A stretch of 64,000 nucleotides of DNA from the NCBI RefSeq assembly GCF_036321535.1, contig NC_087437.1, forward strand, positions 120,220,001 through 120,284,000. The letters run 5' to 3'. Source of the DNA: Camelus dromedarius. Lineage: Eukaryota. Both the position numbers and the translations under genes were made by a program. Below the pieces are notes generated by a model, which saw nothing but the letters and a program-made list of their open reading frames with translations, had not been told where the DNA came from and made no database searches. Below are positions 24,268 to 37,140 of this stretch, in pieces (position 1 is the stretch's first letter; every line of letters begins with the position of its first letter).

Positions 24268-27101
24268 GAGCCACGAGCCGCCTGAAAACCTTGATTCTGC
24301 CCTCCACCAAGTGGGATGGGGAGGCAGGTACAGCCTGGGGCTCCCCACCTGAAACTTGAGGATACGTACCCTCTGTTAAGGGCCAGGACGATTACGTGAG
24401 ACGGCACCCCCAGGGCCCTTAGCGCAGCCACCGCCCATGGTAGGACGGCGCCCCCCTGTCGGGCCAGCTCCTTCCTCCCCAGCACACGCGCCCGGATGCT
24501 GGCTCTTCCACGCCTGTGGGTCAGGGCTCGTCACTGGGCGAGAGGGAGCAGGGAAAGCTGGGGGTGGGCAGCAGGGGAGTGGGCTTCGGGCTTGGGAGAC
24601 GGGGAGGAGACAAACTGGGGAACCTGAAAGGCAGCCAGGCCCTTCCCAAGATGACCAGAGGCACGGCATCAGCTCGAACCAGGGCTTCCTGCTCCGGCAG
24701 CCCAAATGGGTTACAGGTGAGTGCAGCCATTGAGCCCACCTGGCCCGGGGCTGCACCTGGGTCCCGGGCTGAATGGACGCCCCAGCGAGGAGCCCCAGGA
24801 GAACCCAGCCTCTCCTGGTCATCAGGGCGCCTCCAAAGGTGAGCATTTTCTGCAAAGTCAGTACGTGGGAGACTTTGGGAAACAGGTGCCGGAGGGAGGA
24901 CGCAGGAGCGGGTAGGGTCACTGCGGACGGACAGGGGAGCGGCACGGGCCTAGAGTGGTCTGGGGGGAGGGTCAGGGTCCTTCCCCTACCCCGGTCTCCT
25001 CCAACCACCTCCAAGTGCAAAAGGCAGGTTGGCCACTCGCAAAGGCCTGGTTACCGGGTGTCATGGCCACTGTGGGCCCAGCCTCCAGCTCTCCAGGGGA
25101 GGGGCCCCGAGGCCAGTGAGGATGGAGCAGGATGTGGGAGTCCTCCCCCAGCAAGTGAGGCTGGGGCGGAGAGGAGTGTCTGTGAGCTGCCGGTGGTGGG
25201 GATCCTGCCAGGCCCTCGGGACCCGCCCCCGCCAAACACACACACAAGACACAGAGCTGCCAGTGCAGTGGGGCCCTGACCAGTCCTCTGGAGCAGGACT
25301 GCCAGTTGCTCCCCTCGCAGGGGATTTTAAACACGAGTGTCTGCCCCAGACGGCTAGAGACCTGTCCCTCTGCTCCCCCGACTCAGCCACACGGGGGCCC
25401 CTTTTCTCCTGGGAACAGACCTTCCACGCTGGGGCTCCAGACAGAGGGAGCTGTCCCTGGAGAGAGGGTCCCAGTGGGAACAGAAGTGGAACATTCCTGT
25501 GACAAAGCCCGGGGTGGGGGCAGGGGGTACTTAGGCTTAAGGCTGAGACAGACCCGCCAAGGGCCAAGGGTTAACCCGAGAGGACCCCCAGCCGGAGCTG
25601 GAGGACCAGTGGTCTGTGAGAAAGCCCTTGCTGACATCCCCTGACGGGAGCAGGGCCTAGCTGTGGGCGCATCGCATGGAGAGCTCACCCGGAAACCGTC
25701 CAGGCCCGTGGCCCCGCCTGCCCCAGAGCCACAGGCGGAGAGGCACTTCGTCCCACGGCACCCTCAAGCCGGGCAAGTGCAGAGCGTGCTGGGGGTGCCG
25801 TGGGGCCGCCAGACACTTTCCTGCCTGGAAAACCAGTGGCCCCAGGCCACAGCCGGGGAGGCCACATCACGGCCCCCTGCACACCAGCCATCACCAGCAC
25901 CTGGGGCCCCGGGCCGTGGTCCAGGCTCTGCGGGCTGCAGCGCTCCCAGATTCCCTATCCAATCCGAGGGGCTGCCAGGTGTCCCCATCTCTGGGGCCAG
26001 TGCTCCACGCCCCCACCTCACCCACAGGTGCCCGGGGGTTCTGTGCCTCAGGCCCATTCCCTAGAGGCCTGGGCTGAATGTGTGTCCATACATCCCCTTA
26101 CCCTGAGCCCCAGGGACGACCCTGCCTCCATTGACAATGCCGGAGGGCACCCTGTGGCCGGCACTGCCTGCAGGGAGGGAGGGAAGGAGGAGACCCCCGG
26201 CATCCTGGCTGCTCTCTGGTGGCGGGTGTCCCAGCCTGGGCTCCCCCCACCCAGCTGGGCACCCCACACTGTTCCCAGGGTGTGGGCCCTGACCGCCAGG
26301 CCCGCCCCACCCACTGCAGTGTAGGGGCTGGAAGCTTAGCACGTGTGCAACTGTTTGTGGCCAGATGCCCTTCCCATGTCCCCTTAGCCTGGTCCCCTCC
26401 GCCCTCCCAGGAGGACTCCACCATGAGTCACATCTCCACCCTGGTGTCAGGCAGAAGCGGCTTCGAGAAGTCAGATTGCAGAGGCCACGCCCTCCAGAAG
26501 TGGGGCCCCGACGCAGCTGGCAGCCTGGAGCAGGCTGGGGTTGGAGGGGAGGGAGTCCGTCCTGCCCCTCGGTCCTGCCCTGCTCCCTGCTCCTGCTCCA
26601 AGCAGTGCAGGCGGCCACTCTGACCAGTCCGACCAGCTCGAAGACTCTTGCTGGGCCGGCTCTGCAGGCCTGGGGCAGGTCATGGTGACAGTGTGTCATC
26701 TGAGGAGGATCTTTTGGCATCACATTGGGTGGCTCTGCCCTAAGTGGCTCAGAGGCCCAGTTGCATGCCCAGGAGCCCCAGCCCCAGCCCCTGCTGGCCA
26801 GGGAGAGCCAGGACCCAGCCAGAGATCACTGGGCAAGGGCTGGGGGCCTGGCAGGCAGAGGGGAGGCCTCCAGAGGTCTGAGCCACTGGATGGGGCCAAG
26901 ACCGACCCCCAGAGTCACCCCAAGCCCCTGGGGTTGGGCGGAGCAGCACCTCCATTCTCGTCCTGGCCCTACCCCACCCAGCCTGGCCTGCCCCTGTCAG
27001 CCTTCGTGTCAGACCTCAGTGTCCTGCTCTGGTCCCCTCTGGCTGGGCCAATTAGATGAGCTCATATTTAAGATAGGGGACTGTTTTTCCTGCTAACCTG
27101 G

Positions 27102-27495
27102 TGTAGAGGCTGAGTGGTGGCCCTGAGAGAGATGTCTGCCCAGACCTGGGGATGTGGCCTGACGTGCAGTGTGGCCTGTGCAGGTGGGCTTGAGGTAAGG
27201 ATGGAGATGAGGACATCCTGGATCAGGGTGGTCCAAAATCCAGTGACGGGAAGAAGACACGGACTCACAGGGAGGGGCCACGAGAGGACGGAGGTGGAGG
27301 TCGGGGGGCGCATTTCCAGCCAGCAGGAGCAGAATAGGCTGCGGTCAGACTTTCTCCCCGTCCTCAGAAGGAACCAGCCCTGCCCACACCTTAACCTGGA
27401 CTTGTGGCCTCCAGAGCTGTGAGAGAATGAGTTTCTGTGGCTTAACCCACCCGGTTTGTGGTGATTTGTTACGGCCGGCCCAGGAAACGGCTACA
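27102..27495 (+). mobile_element. MLT1B/C-like solo LTR
   Basis: cctcagaaggaaccagccctgcccacacctt...ggcctccagagctgtgagagaatgagtttctgt...gtttgtggtgatttgttacggc. Confidence 0.85.
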
Positions 27496-28339
27496 CCCAG
27501 GATACTCAGAGTGAGGGACATGCCAGTGACTCAACTCAGAGCCCTGGCAGCAGCGGCAGGAGCGAGGCTGGGGTGCGGGGGTGGGGAGGGAGCCGGCGGC
27601 CACTGGTCACAGGGCCTGCAGGGCTGCACAGCTGGGGCGGGGAGCAGGCCACGGCCCGACCCCCTCACCCCGTGTCGGGGGGCGGCTGGCATGGGAGGCT
27701 CTCCTGCACCACAGCAGACCACGCCTCCTGACTTTCCGTCCCCTTCTTCCCGACCTGACAGGGCACAGCACCTGCGTCCTGCGGTGATTAGCCCAAACTG
27801 GCCCCCTGTGGGCAGCCGCCTGGACTGAGGGTGTCAGTGGGTGGAACCAGAGAAGCCCTGGGACCCCTGAGTCAGGGAAGCACGGCTATTGGGCCCCTGA
27901 GGTTGCTGGCCCCGGAGTGAAGAGTCCGAATGTCCCGTTGGGGTGAGGGGCCCCTCTCTGCATCCCTGCTGAGCCTGAACGGGCACTCGGCAGGGGTGGG
28001 GTGGGGCAGGGTGCCCGGAACTCCTCAGGGAGAAGCGGATTCTTGGATTCTCAGAGGAGAGGAGAGGGTTACCAGCACTCTGTATGAGCAAGGACGAGAT
28101 GGCCTGTGTGAAGGGTGAGCGTTAGGGGATAGAGGGAGACGCAAAACCAGGCCCGGGCGCCCCGCCGCTTGGCCCGCAGACGTGAGCCCTGCGGTGAGGG
28201 CAGCTCGCGGGTCTGACCTCCAGGTTCCACAGCACAGCTGGGGGGACGCGGCCCCCACCCCGGGCCTGAGGCCACAGCATCCCCCTGCCGCCCATGTTTG
28301 CTGCCTGGAGGAGGGCCACTCAGAGCAGGCGCACTGAGC

Positions 28340-28408
28340 CGCGCGTGCGCACACACACACACGTGCATGGACACGCACACACGCACACACGTGCACACGC
28401 ACACATGC
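28340..28408 (+). repeat. Degenerate (CA)n/(CG)n alternating purine-pyrimidine tract
   Basis: gcgcgtgcgcacacacacacacgtgcatggacacgcacac... Confidence 0.8.
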
Positions 28409-30012
28409 AGTGGTGTTGCCCAGGTGCAGAGGGAGGTGGGGTTCCGGCTCTCAGGGTGGTCCCTGTCCAGAGGAGTTGGAGGTATCCTGTGTCAGGGGTG
28501 CCCTGGAGGGGTGCTGGGCTGGTGACAGGAGGACACCCTACTTGTTTCAGCTCAAAGTGGGTTGAGGGGAGCCGGGGTCACCTTCTCAGAAGGCCTTGTG
28601 TGGATAAAGCGTTGTATCTCCGAGGTGACTCACCTTTGCTCCTGTCCCAGAGTGGGGGGAGGGGGCAGTGACAAAGGGGGACGCCGGGAGGGCCACACAG
28701 GGGAGCTGCGGGAGGCAGCAGGGTTGCCCCACCCCTAGACCGGCTCTCTCCACCCAAGAAAGTTCTGGCTCACACCTGGGCCTCGGGCCCCCCAGGAGCA
28801 GGTCGGAAGCGAGCGTTTCCCCACACACTCCGACAGCTGTGTTTCTCATTAGGCTCCTCTGAGGAAGCATTTGTCTCAGTGAAATTGCAGGTTTGCTGTG
28901 GTGGCAGCAGGCCCCTGCCAAGTCCCTCAATTAGCTGGAGTCCTCCAGTGGCCACAGGGTGGCCAGCTGCTGTTCCTGGGAGCCATCCCGAACCCACTGG
29001 GGCAGAGATTCCGGCTTCCGCTCCCTCCTCTCGGGGCCTGACCCTGGGATGCTTGCATCACGGAAACTGCTTTTAGAAGCCCCGTTGCCCAGCCGTCCAG
29101 CTCTCAGGGAGGCAGGAGCACGGCTTAGCAGGCAGCGCTCTGTGGACGTGCAGCCCATCTCCCCAGGGACCCCCTGCGCCTGCGAGGTCGGTGCCCAGAG
29201 CTGTGACGTCACTGTGATTCCAGGCGGCTGCCAAGCGCCCAGCATGAAGGCCCCTCCTGGCCAGCTCAGCATTGACGCAAATCAAAAGCTTCCAGTTCTC
29301 CGAGCAGCTGCCACCCCGTCCTCAGCCGGCAGCCCTGCGGTCCACGGCGGGGAGGGAGGGAGGCGGCGGGCTGCAGCGTGGGGCCTGGCATTTGAGATAA
29401 TCAGCTGCTCTTCAAAGGGCAGCCAGCATGGCATGTGGGCTCCCTGGAGGTCAAGGAGAGCCAGCCACTCTCAGCTCCCAGCGAGGTCAGCCACCCTGTG
29501 GAACCACAGTTCTGCTTGCCAGGCTGTCTCCTGCCCTGTCTCCCCATCCAGCAGGTGCCCAGGGTCCTTCAGCCCTGGTTGTGGCCATTTGCCCAGAGTG
29601 CACTAGAAACATGGGAGGAAGTCAGGCCAGGTGGACCCACCCCAGGGACGTTTGGGAGCAGGGGGCAGGGCAGCCTCTGAGTGGCGTTGAGCAGAGTGGG
29701 GTGGGTTTCCCGTTTCCTCCAGGTCTCCTGACAGGGTGGGTGTAAACAGTAGCTGTCCGGAGCTGCTACCATCTGGCCTCCCTGAGCCTCCAAGGAGCTG
29801 GTGGAGGTGCACCTGTCAGCAGATCCTCACCAGAGCAGCCCACAGACCACACACATCCGGGGATCCTTGGAGGAACTTGGGGAGCCAGGTGTGACAACCA
29901 TGCAGACCCAGAGCAAACTTCCCAGCACCTCTGGATCAGAGCCCTCCTGGGACCCTGACTGCCATGGAAAAAGCCACCTCAACCCGCCTGCCGGAGTGTT
30001 CTGTCCTTCCTT

Positions 30013-30198
30013 ACACACACACACACGTGCTCATACATGGATGCACATGTGTGCACAAGTGCTGCACAGATGCAGCAGTGTGCACAGAAACACAAGGACT
30101 GCGAGCACACACGTGTGTTCACCACATTCACACACCATGCACATGCATACACGCATGCGCATGTATGCACACATGCAACACACACACACACGCACATG
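30013..30198 (+). repeat. Degenerate (CA)n/CATG tract
   Basis: Interrupted cacatgcatacacgcatgcgcatg... repeats. Confidence 0.8.
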
Positions 30199-33100
30199 GC
30201 AGCAGGGTGTTCAGCTGCTTTCTGTTCCCAGATCAGCACCTGCTATCACAGAGAGGGCCCTTTTCAGGATTTTGATCAATTCCTGCTCAATACAAGGACC
30301 CTCCTTTCTCTGTGCCCCCACCCCCCCCCCGCCATGGTGTGGTCAGGACCAAGACCGTCTGCCCTGGACTCAGTGGACGCAGAAGAATAGGATGTCCAGG
30401 GGCTGAGGTGGCCGCCTGGGACCAGTGGCAGGTTCAGGTGGGCAGGACAAAGCAGGAGCTGAGGATGAGAACACCAGGCCCTACCTCAAGGGCGCCTTTG
30501 CCCTGCCGGGCCGCCGGGAGAAGAGCCCAGTTCCTGAGACCTCAGCCCCATCACCGGGGCCGGCAGACGTGGCTGGGCGGTGTGCAGAGAAAAGCCCGCC
30601 CTGAGGGTCACTCTGGGTGCGGTGGGAGGCCGCGGCTGACCCCGCCCAGGTGGGCGGCCCTCGGAGGGCCGGGACCCCTCCCTATGGAGCGCCTGCTGGA
30701 GGGGCCAGAGTGGCCTGTGTGGTCCTGCCTGGAGACCCAAAATGTCTGGCACCCAGTACCGTCCACGTGGGCCAGTTGGGCCTGCTGGGAGGCCGGCCTC
30801 CCCACTTCCTGTCTGGGGCTCTGTCTGGTCCTCATCCAAGGCGGAGATGCTGCCGCTGGACTGTGGGAGCACCTGCGGCTCCTCAGGAAAGAGCTGCTCT
30901 CCGCAGGGGGCGTGGACCCTCCCGTGGCCTCCCTCCAGCTTTCCTCTCTCCGTGCTCCGGGCTGAGGTTGGTCTCTGTTCTGTTTTGCTTTAATAACTAA
31001 AACAATTGGCACAGGTGGACCCAGCTGATGGGCAGTTGACTGATGGTCACGCTGTCCACATGGCCAGGCCGGCGGCCATCACGTGCAAGCCGGGAGGGGG
31101 CTGGTGGGGGGAGGGCCTGGCAGGGGTGCCCCAGGCTCAGCAAAGGCACCCCGGAGGTAGAAGGACCCCCTCCCCTCCCCACCCCAAGCCTTGTTTCCCA
31201 GACAGGAAAGGGGTCAGAAAGGTTGAGGAGCCCTGTCCCCCTCGCCCCACCACAGGCGAACAGAGCCCTGGCCGCCAGCCCGTGCCCCGGACAGAGGGGG
31301 CGTCTCTCTGCCGGTTCTAGCTGAGCAAGGCCGACCGCGGCCAGCTGTCTGCCTTCCTGCTCACTCCCTGTCAAGCCGCGGTGGCAGGGCCCCGAAGTTG
31401 GTCTTCTCACACATTCCAACCTGCCCTTTGGTTTATAAGACTTAAATGTTTGCTCTCCCATTAAGAAAATAATCAGAAGTCATCCGTAAGTGGAGCACAC
31501 ACACCGGTGCCCTTCAAAAGCAAATGCTGCTCTTTCTAAAGGTGGTATCAGAGGGCCGGGCTGGGCGGCTCTGGGAGCATACACCCCCACCCTCCCCACA
31601 CTGCCTCCACCTGCCTGAATGTTCTAGAAGCTCAGGGCACCTGGATAGAGCAGGACGCAGGAGCCCTGGCCTGAGACAGGCAGCTCACGGGCCTCACAGC
31701 CAGGGACCACACCCAGAGGAGTCCCCACCTCGCCTGGGCCAGGGCAGCAGGGATGCTGGCTTCTGCCAGGGGGTGAGCGTTGCTGGGCCCCAAGTCTTCC
31801 CAGGCATCGCTGGAGAAGCTGTTGGCAATGAGAGAGAGCGAGCTTTGCTTTGGCATGGAAGGTCTGTATTGGAGTCTGGGCTCTGTCTCGTGCTTGACAC
31901 ATGGCAGGGACAAGCTGCGTGCCGTCTCCAGCTTCCAGCTGTCTTAGGAAATGACGGGGTCCCAGCTCCCTGCACCACAGCTGCCCTCTCCGGCGAGTGA
32001 AGACACAGCTGGTGGTCTGAGCCGTGCTGTGTGGAACCCCGGGTGGGCACATTCCCGCGCTGCCCTCGGTGGCCTCGCGTCCGCCGAGCTGGGAGTACTT
32101 ATACCGCGGGCAGCACACTCGGGGCTGTCTGTCCGAGCCGCTCCCAGCGCACCGCTAGCTCTGGTCTTCAAAGCCCCCTCACCTGCCGGGAGGCCGAATC
32201 AAGGTCTGGAAAGACTACACGAAATGCCAGCACATGGGAGGCCCTTTCCGAAAGATTTGCAGGAATACACAGGAAAGCAAGTGACCCCAGGTCACCTCTC
32301 TCCAGTCCCCAGCGGGCCCCTTCCTCGGGAGAGCAGGCGCTCCCCGAGGCCAGGCTCCCGGGCCCCAGCGGGCTGCCCACTTCCCTGGGGACACGCACAC
32401 GCGGCCCCGCACGGTCCTGAGGGCTGAGATGCCGACGTGCGGGGAGCACGTCTGCCCGGGCTTCTCACTGCCGTTCCTGAAATATTTCTGGAGAAGCCTG
32501 GGGCCTCTTCAGACCTGGGTGTGTGTGCTCCTGAGGCCCCGCCCTGGCTCTCCTCCCACGGGGCTCCTCCCGCAGGACGCGCATCCTGACGGGACCGGCG
32601 GAGGAAGCCCCACGGACGGCGGGCCGAGCCAAAGGTGCCGGGACCCCCGGGACCTCATTCGGGCGCATTGGTCACCCCCTCCCCCCGGGGTTGAATTGCG
32701 AGGATTACGTGGGTAGCGGACGTGAGGAGCTCCTGCCTGGCTGAAGCTCAGAGAGGAGGAGCCTCCATTCCCACCACGTTTTCCTGCCACTCTGGATTTG
32801 CCGAGAGCATCCTGGGTCTGGGTGGGGAAAGGGTGGCTCCGGTTTCTTTCCTGGCAGAAGGCCGCAGAGCACCTGAGTGAGGGCGGGGGGCGTGCATGGC
32901 CCACAGGAACCACCAGGTGAGCAGCTGGGGCACTTCCAATAAGGAAACCCTTGGGTGTGATCACACGCTTATGAGTGTGGGCTGTTCTCTTTTTCCTCCT
33001 CAAAAGCATGCCTCTACCTGGAGGCCCTCCGGGCTGGGCTCTCCCTCCTTCGGGAAGCAGCCCCATCCTGAGCCTGTCGGGCCGTCTCCCTGTCCTTCTC

Positions 33101-34747
33101 ACCCATCCCGGGTCTCCAGGGGACCCCTCTCAAGAGTTTGTGGATGGTCTGCCACCCCTTTGGCCTGGAGGACTCCTCCCCATTTGCCGAAAGACAGGCA
33201 GCTTCCTGCCAGGTCCCCTCTGCATTCTGTATTCTGGAAGGTTCCCAAGGGTAGACATCCAGTGAAAGGCAGGCCTGCCTCTGCAGGCACATGGGTTTCC
33301 AGCCAGCATCGCCCTCTCCTTTGATGGGCGGCCCCCAACATCCGCCTTGGAGCTGGCGGGTTTGGGAGACGGTGGAGTGGGAAGCCCAGAGAGTGTTCCG
33401 GGTGGGCCTGCCAGGGCCAAGGGTGAGCAGCCACTGCCCGGAGCCCTCGGTAGGCTGCCTGCCCAACAGCTCGGCAAAGGGCACACCATCCGAGAATCTG
33501 AATTCCCACGGCAGACAGCTCCGCAGGTGGACCTCCTTCTGCCTCTGACTCAGGTGGTCCGTTAGCCTTTGCTTCCTGGCTCTCTCAGGAGGGAGTCCCC
33601 TGCCAGGGACTCTGGGGACGCTTGGCTCCATCCTGCATGCTGTGACATCTGGACTCTGCAGTTTGGGCCAAGATAGAAACAAGCGGAAGGTTCCTGAGAT
33701 AAGACTCCCCATCCCACTGTCCAGCGGCCCCCAGACCACGTCGGGTGGGTCATGGTGCCCCTCGGGGGTGGCCGTGGGGCGTCTCCTTTACTTCAGGTGG
33801 GAAGTGGGGTCCACAGAGCTCTCCGGGGCCTTATGGTGGGTAAGCAGGAGCACGAAGACAAGGGCCTCAGGGGATCTCAGCCCGGACTTCCTAGTGGACA
33901 CTGAAGGCCACGCCCCGACCCCCGCCACGTCCACATGGCTCCTTCCCCCCCGCCTTAGACATCTCCCACCAAAGAGCCCGCAGCAGCCTCCGACCCAGCG
34001 TTGGACCACAGGCCTACCTCCCTCCAGGGCCCAGCTGGGGAGGCAGGGACAGCCCCACACCAACAAAAAACATGACCCAGATACCCCAGGCTTCTCCCCA
34101 CTGTCCCAAATCACCAGTGACTCGTCAGACTTCCGCCCCTCCCCTTCCCACCACGCTGCTCCCAGTCACGTAGCCCAGCGCTTGCTTGGGCTGCGGGTGG
34201 GGCCGGCCCTCCTTCTCCTTGGACTCCTTCCTTCCAGGGAGCTTGACGGAGTTGACACTCGTAGTCTGGGGCTGACTCAGGGAGGAAGGCGGCGACTGGA
34301 GACACACAGAGTGCCCAGATTCCTTCCCAGTCTTCAGGCATCAGCTGTGCCTCTGACCCCAGAAGGCTGAGCGCCCGCTAGGCTGGTGACCAAGGTGGCC
34401 ACAGGCAGGGAGGGGGCACCAGGGCCAGAGAAGCCCAGTGTCCAGTGGGAAGAGGCCTCAAGGTCAGCGGGGCCATGGGGACACCACGCTGGGGGCAGGA
34501 GGAGAGGGACAGGATGCAGTGTCTGCTTCTAAAAGTCCTGTATGGATTTTCTTGTGTTTTAGAAAGAATGCCGAGCATCAGAACCACGATTGCAGGGTTT
34601 TACCACTTACGGTCAGGACTGAGTCAGTAGCGAAGTTAGCCCTGAGCTGACCAAACGAAAACTATGAACTGAAAGCACATCTTGGATCTGCTAAAATCTT
34701 GCTGCAGACCGTGAATAAGGGAAGTGTGGGAGGCAGGGAGCTGGCCC

Positions 34748-35075
34748 TGGGCTCTGCACACTGTTTCTGGAAAGGGCCAGGGAGTAAATCTTTCAGGCTC
34801 CGCGGTCGCGCAGTCGCCGTCGCAGCCGCCCGCCTCGGCCGCTGTATTATGGAAGCCGCCTGGGAGGACAGGCAAGCAAGTGGCCGTGGCCATGTGCCAA
34901 TAAAGCGTTATTTATGGGCCCTGACATTTGAGTTTCCTGTAATCCCCACGTATTGTAAAATAATCTCCTTCTCTGCCTCCTCCTCCTCCAGCTATTTAAA
35001 TATGTTAAAACTGCCCTCAGCTGGAGGGTCGGCTACAAACAGGTCAGATCTGAGGATAGATAGTTGACACCCCTG
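34748..35075 (+). mobile_element. MER58B-like hAT-Charlie DNA transposon (non-autonomous)
   Basis: tttctggaaagggccagggagtaaat...ggccatgtgccaataaagcgttatttatgg...tagttgacacccctg terminus. Confidence 0.8.
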
Positions 35076-35185
35076 ATCCCCTCAGATGCTGTCATTTTGG
35101 GTGAAGTGACAGCCCCAGAGGCAGGAAGGGACTTGCTGAAGCGCACAGGGCAGGTGGTGGCAGAACCGGGCCTGGGGGCCATCCC
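35076..35185 (-). mobile_element. MIR fragment
   Basis: ccagaggcaggaagggacttgctgaagcgcacagggcaggtggtggcagaaccggg. Confidence 0.55.
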
Positions 35186-36734
35186 CATGCTCAGCCCACA
35201 CTCCTTGGTCCCACTTCCTGGGGCTCCTGGGGTGTGGTGGGTCTGGCGGGGCTGCCGGCCCCACGTGTCACCCCCTCTGACAGAATGCTGTGGGGGAGCG
35301 GGCGCAGCCCGACTCCGGGTGGATCTGGGCTGCCGACCTCAGAGCCCAGCCTGCACGGACCCTGGGGACCTGTGAGCCCCCGTTGCCCAAACATGGTACC
35401 CACCTCCCGGCTAATGTGACTGGCCCAGGAGTGGGCTCCAGGCGGCACCGTCAGGGCATCTGCGGACCAGGCTAGGAAGGGGCTCTCGTTCTTCTGGGGT
35501 TTCTAACATGGACCACCATGCAGGCCTTGGGGTGCCACGGCCAGGACCCCAGACTCCTGAAGGAGGGCCCTCTGCAGGAGGGGAGAGGCCCCACTTGGAG
35601 AGGAACAGGACGGGACGGAGCAGAGAGGTGGTGAGACGTCTGGGCTGCCACAGCCCTGAGACCCACCCCACCCAGGACTCCTGATAAACTCTTTTTTTTT
35701 AAGTTATTCTGAGTTGGGATTTTGTTTTCTGAAATTCTGTATCTTGAGCTCCCCCTGGACACTTCCTGAAGGAGAACCACACAGAGGATGCTGGGCCCGG
35801 AGATCACGTGGCCAGCGCCCGGTGGTGTGGGGAGTCGGGGAAGGCCCCCTCACTTGGGGGCAGCAAGGACACACTGGGAAGCCCAGCGCCCCCGTGGACC
35901 CTCCTTAGAGCCGCCCCAGAGACCCTGGGACACCACTGGCTCTCGGAGGACCTTGCAGACTCGTCCCTCTTTACCCCATCTGCCCCGACCCCTCCAGGGG
36001 ATGTAGGCGCCACACCGCACGCTGTTATTGCACCCCGATGAGCCCTGGGCCTGGCAGCCCTGCCGGAATATTCCAGAGGCCCAGGAGGCCGTCAGACTGT
36101 GATGTGTGATAGAAATCCCCAAATGTTCCAGGACAGGCATCCGATTTAACCTCCACGTTTTCCTGCTGACGGCTCCTTCAGACCCGACCGTCTCACAGCA
36201 GAGACGCTCTGGCGTTCTGTGCTGGACCATCGGCTGACCCAACAAGGGCCTGGGACACCTTTTGGCTGGCGGCGGTCAGCAGAGACATGAATGAAAAATC
36301 AATTTTATAAAAGCATCCTTTCGCAAAGGCAGCACTTCCTTTTCTCTCTGAAAGCAATCAGGGCAGGGACCCGAGGGAGACGCTGCCCAGAGCGAGGTCA
36401 GAGGCCAGGCGTGGGCACCACTGCTGCCTGCGGCTGGGAGTCTGGGGCGCCCCCGGGGGGCTGAGGCCTGCCCCCCGCCTGCCGGGACAGTCTGGGTCAC
36501 TGGGCTCCTGTGGGAAAGGCAGGCTGCTGGGACCTGGCCGGGCCTGTCCTGTCTGTGGGCCCCAGTGACCTCGACTGTGCGCTCACGGAGGAGGGGTCAG
36601 AGGGCGACCTCCCTCTCCTCTCTGGGGAAACCACGGCAGGAGGGAAGCCCCCGGAGCCGCCCGGCACCTGGAAATGGACTCAGTCTGACCTCCAGCAGGT
36701 GCTCCTCCTCCTTGGGGGAGGCTGGGGCTGACCC

Positions 36735-37140
36735 TGAGCCCCGCGGCCCTGCATGGGCTTGGGCGACGCGCTCAGGCAGAGAACAGGTCACAGAGGACAG
36801 ACGCCCGCAGGCCGGCGCCCGGAGGAGCGGAGCTCGTGGGGCCCACGCAGGGCCGGCCCTGCGGGCCTCGCTCCCTCCTCCCGCACTCCTGCCTGACGTG
36901 CGCGGCTCTCCGCGGAGCCCCGGGTGGGACGGGAGCCCAGCCCAGCCCGGCCCGGCCCGGCGGCAGCAGCCCGCCTCCGAGTGGGGCCCGGCCCGCCCCG
37001 GCCCTCCCAACACGGCGGCGCGAGGAAGCTGCCCGGACGCCCGCTCCTGCCCGCGCTGCTCACGGTGCCGGGGGGGGGGGGGCGTTTTCACCCCAGACGT
37101 GAGAGTCTGCGTGCAGACCCCGCGTCCGGGCACGGAGCAG
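36735..37140. promoter_or_regulatory. CpG island (orphan; candidate promoter/enhancer)
   Basis: Densest CpG cluster seen in the window, repeated gcccg/cccgg units, GC box ccgcccc near 36992, not repeat-derived. Confidence 0.65.
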
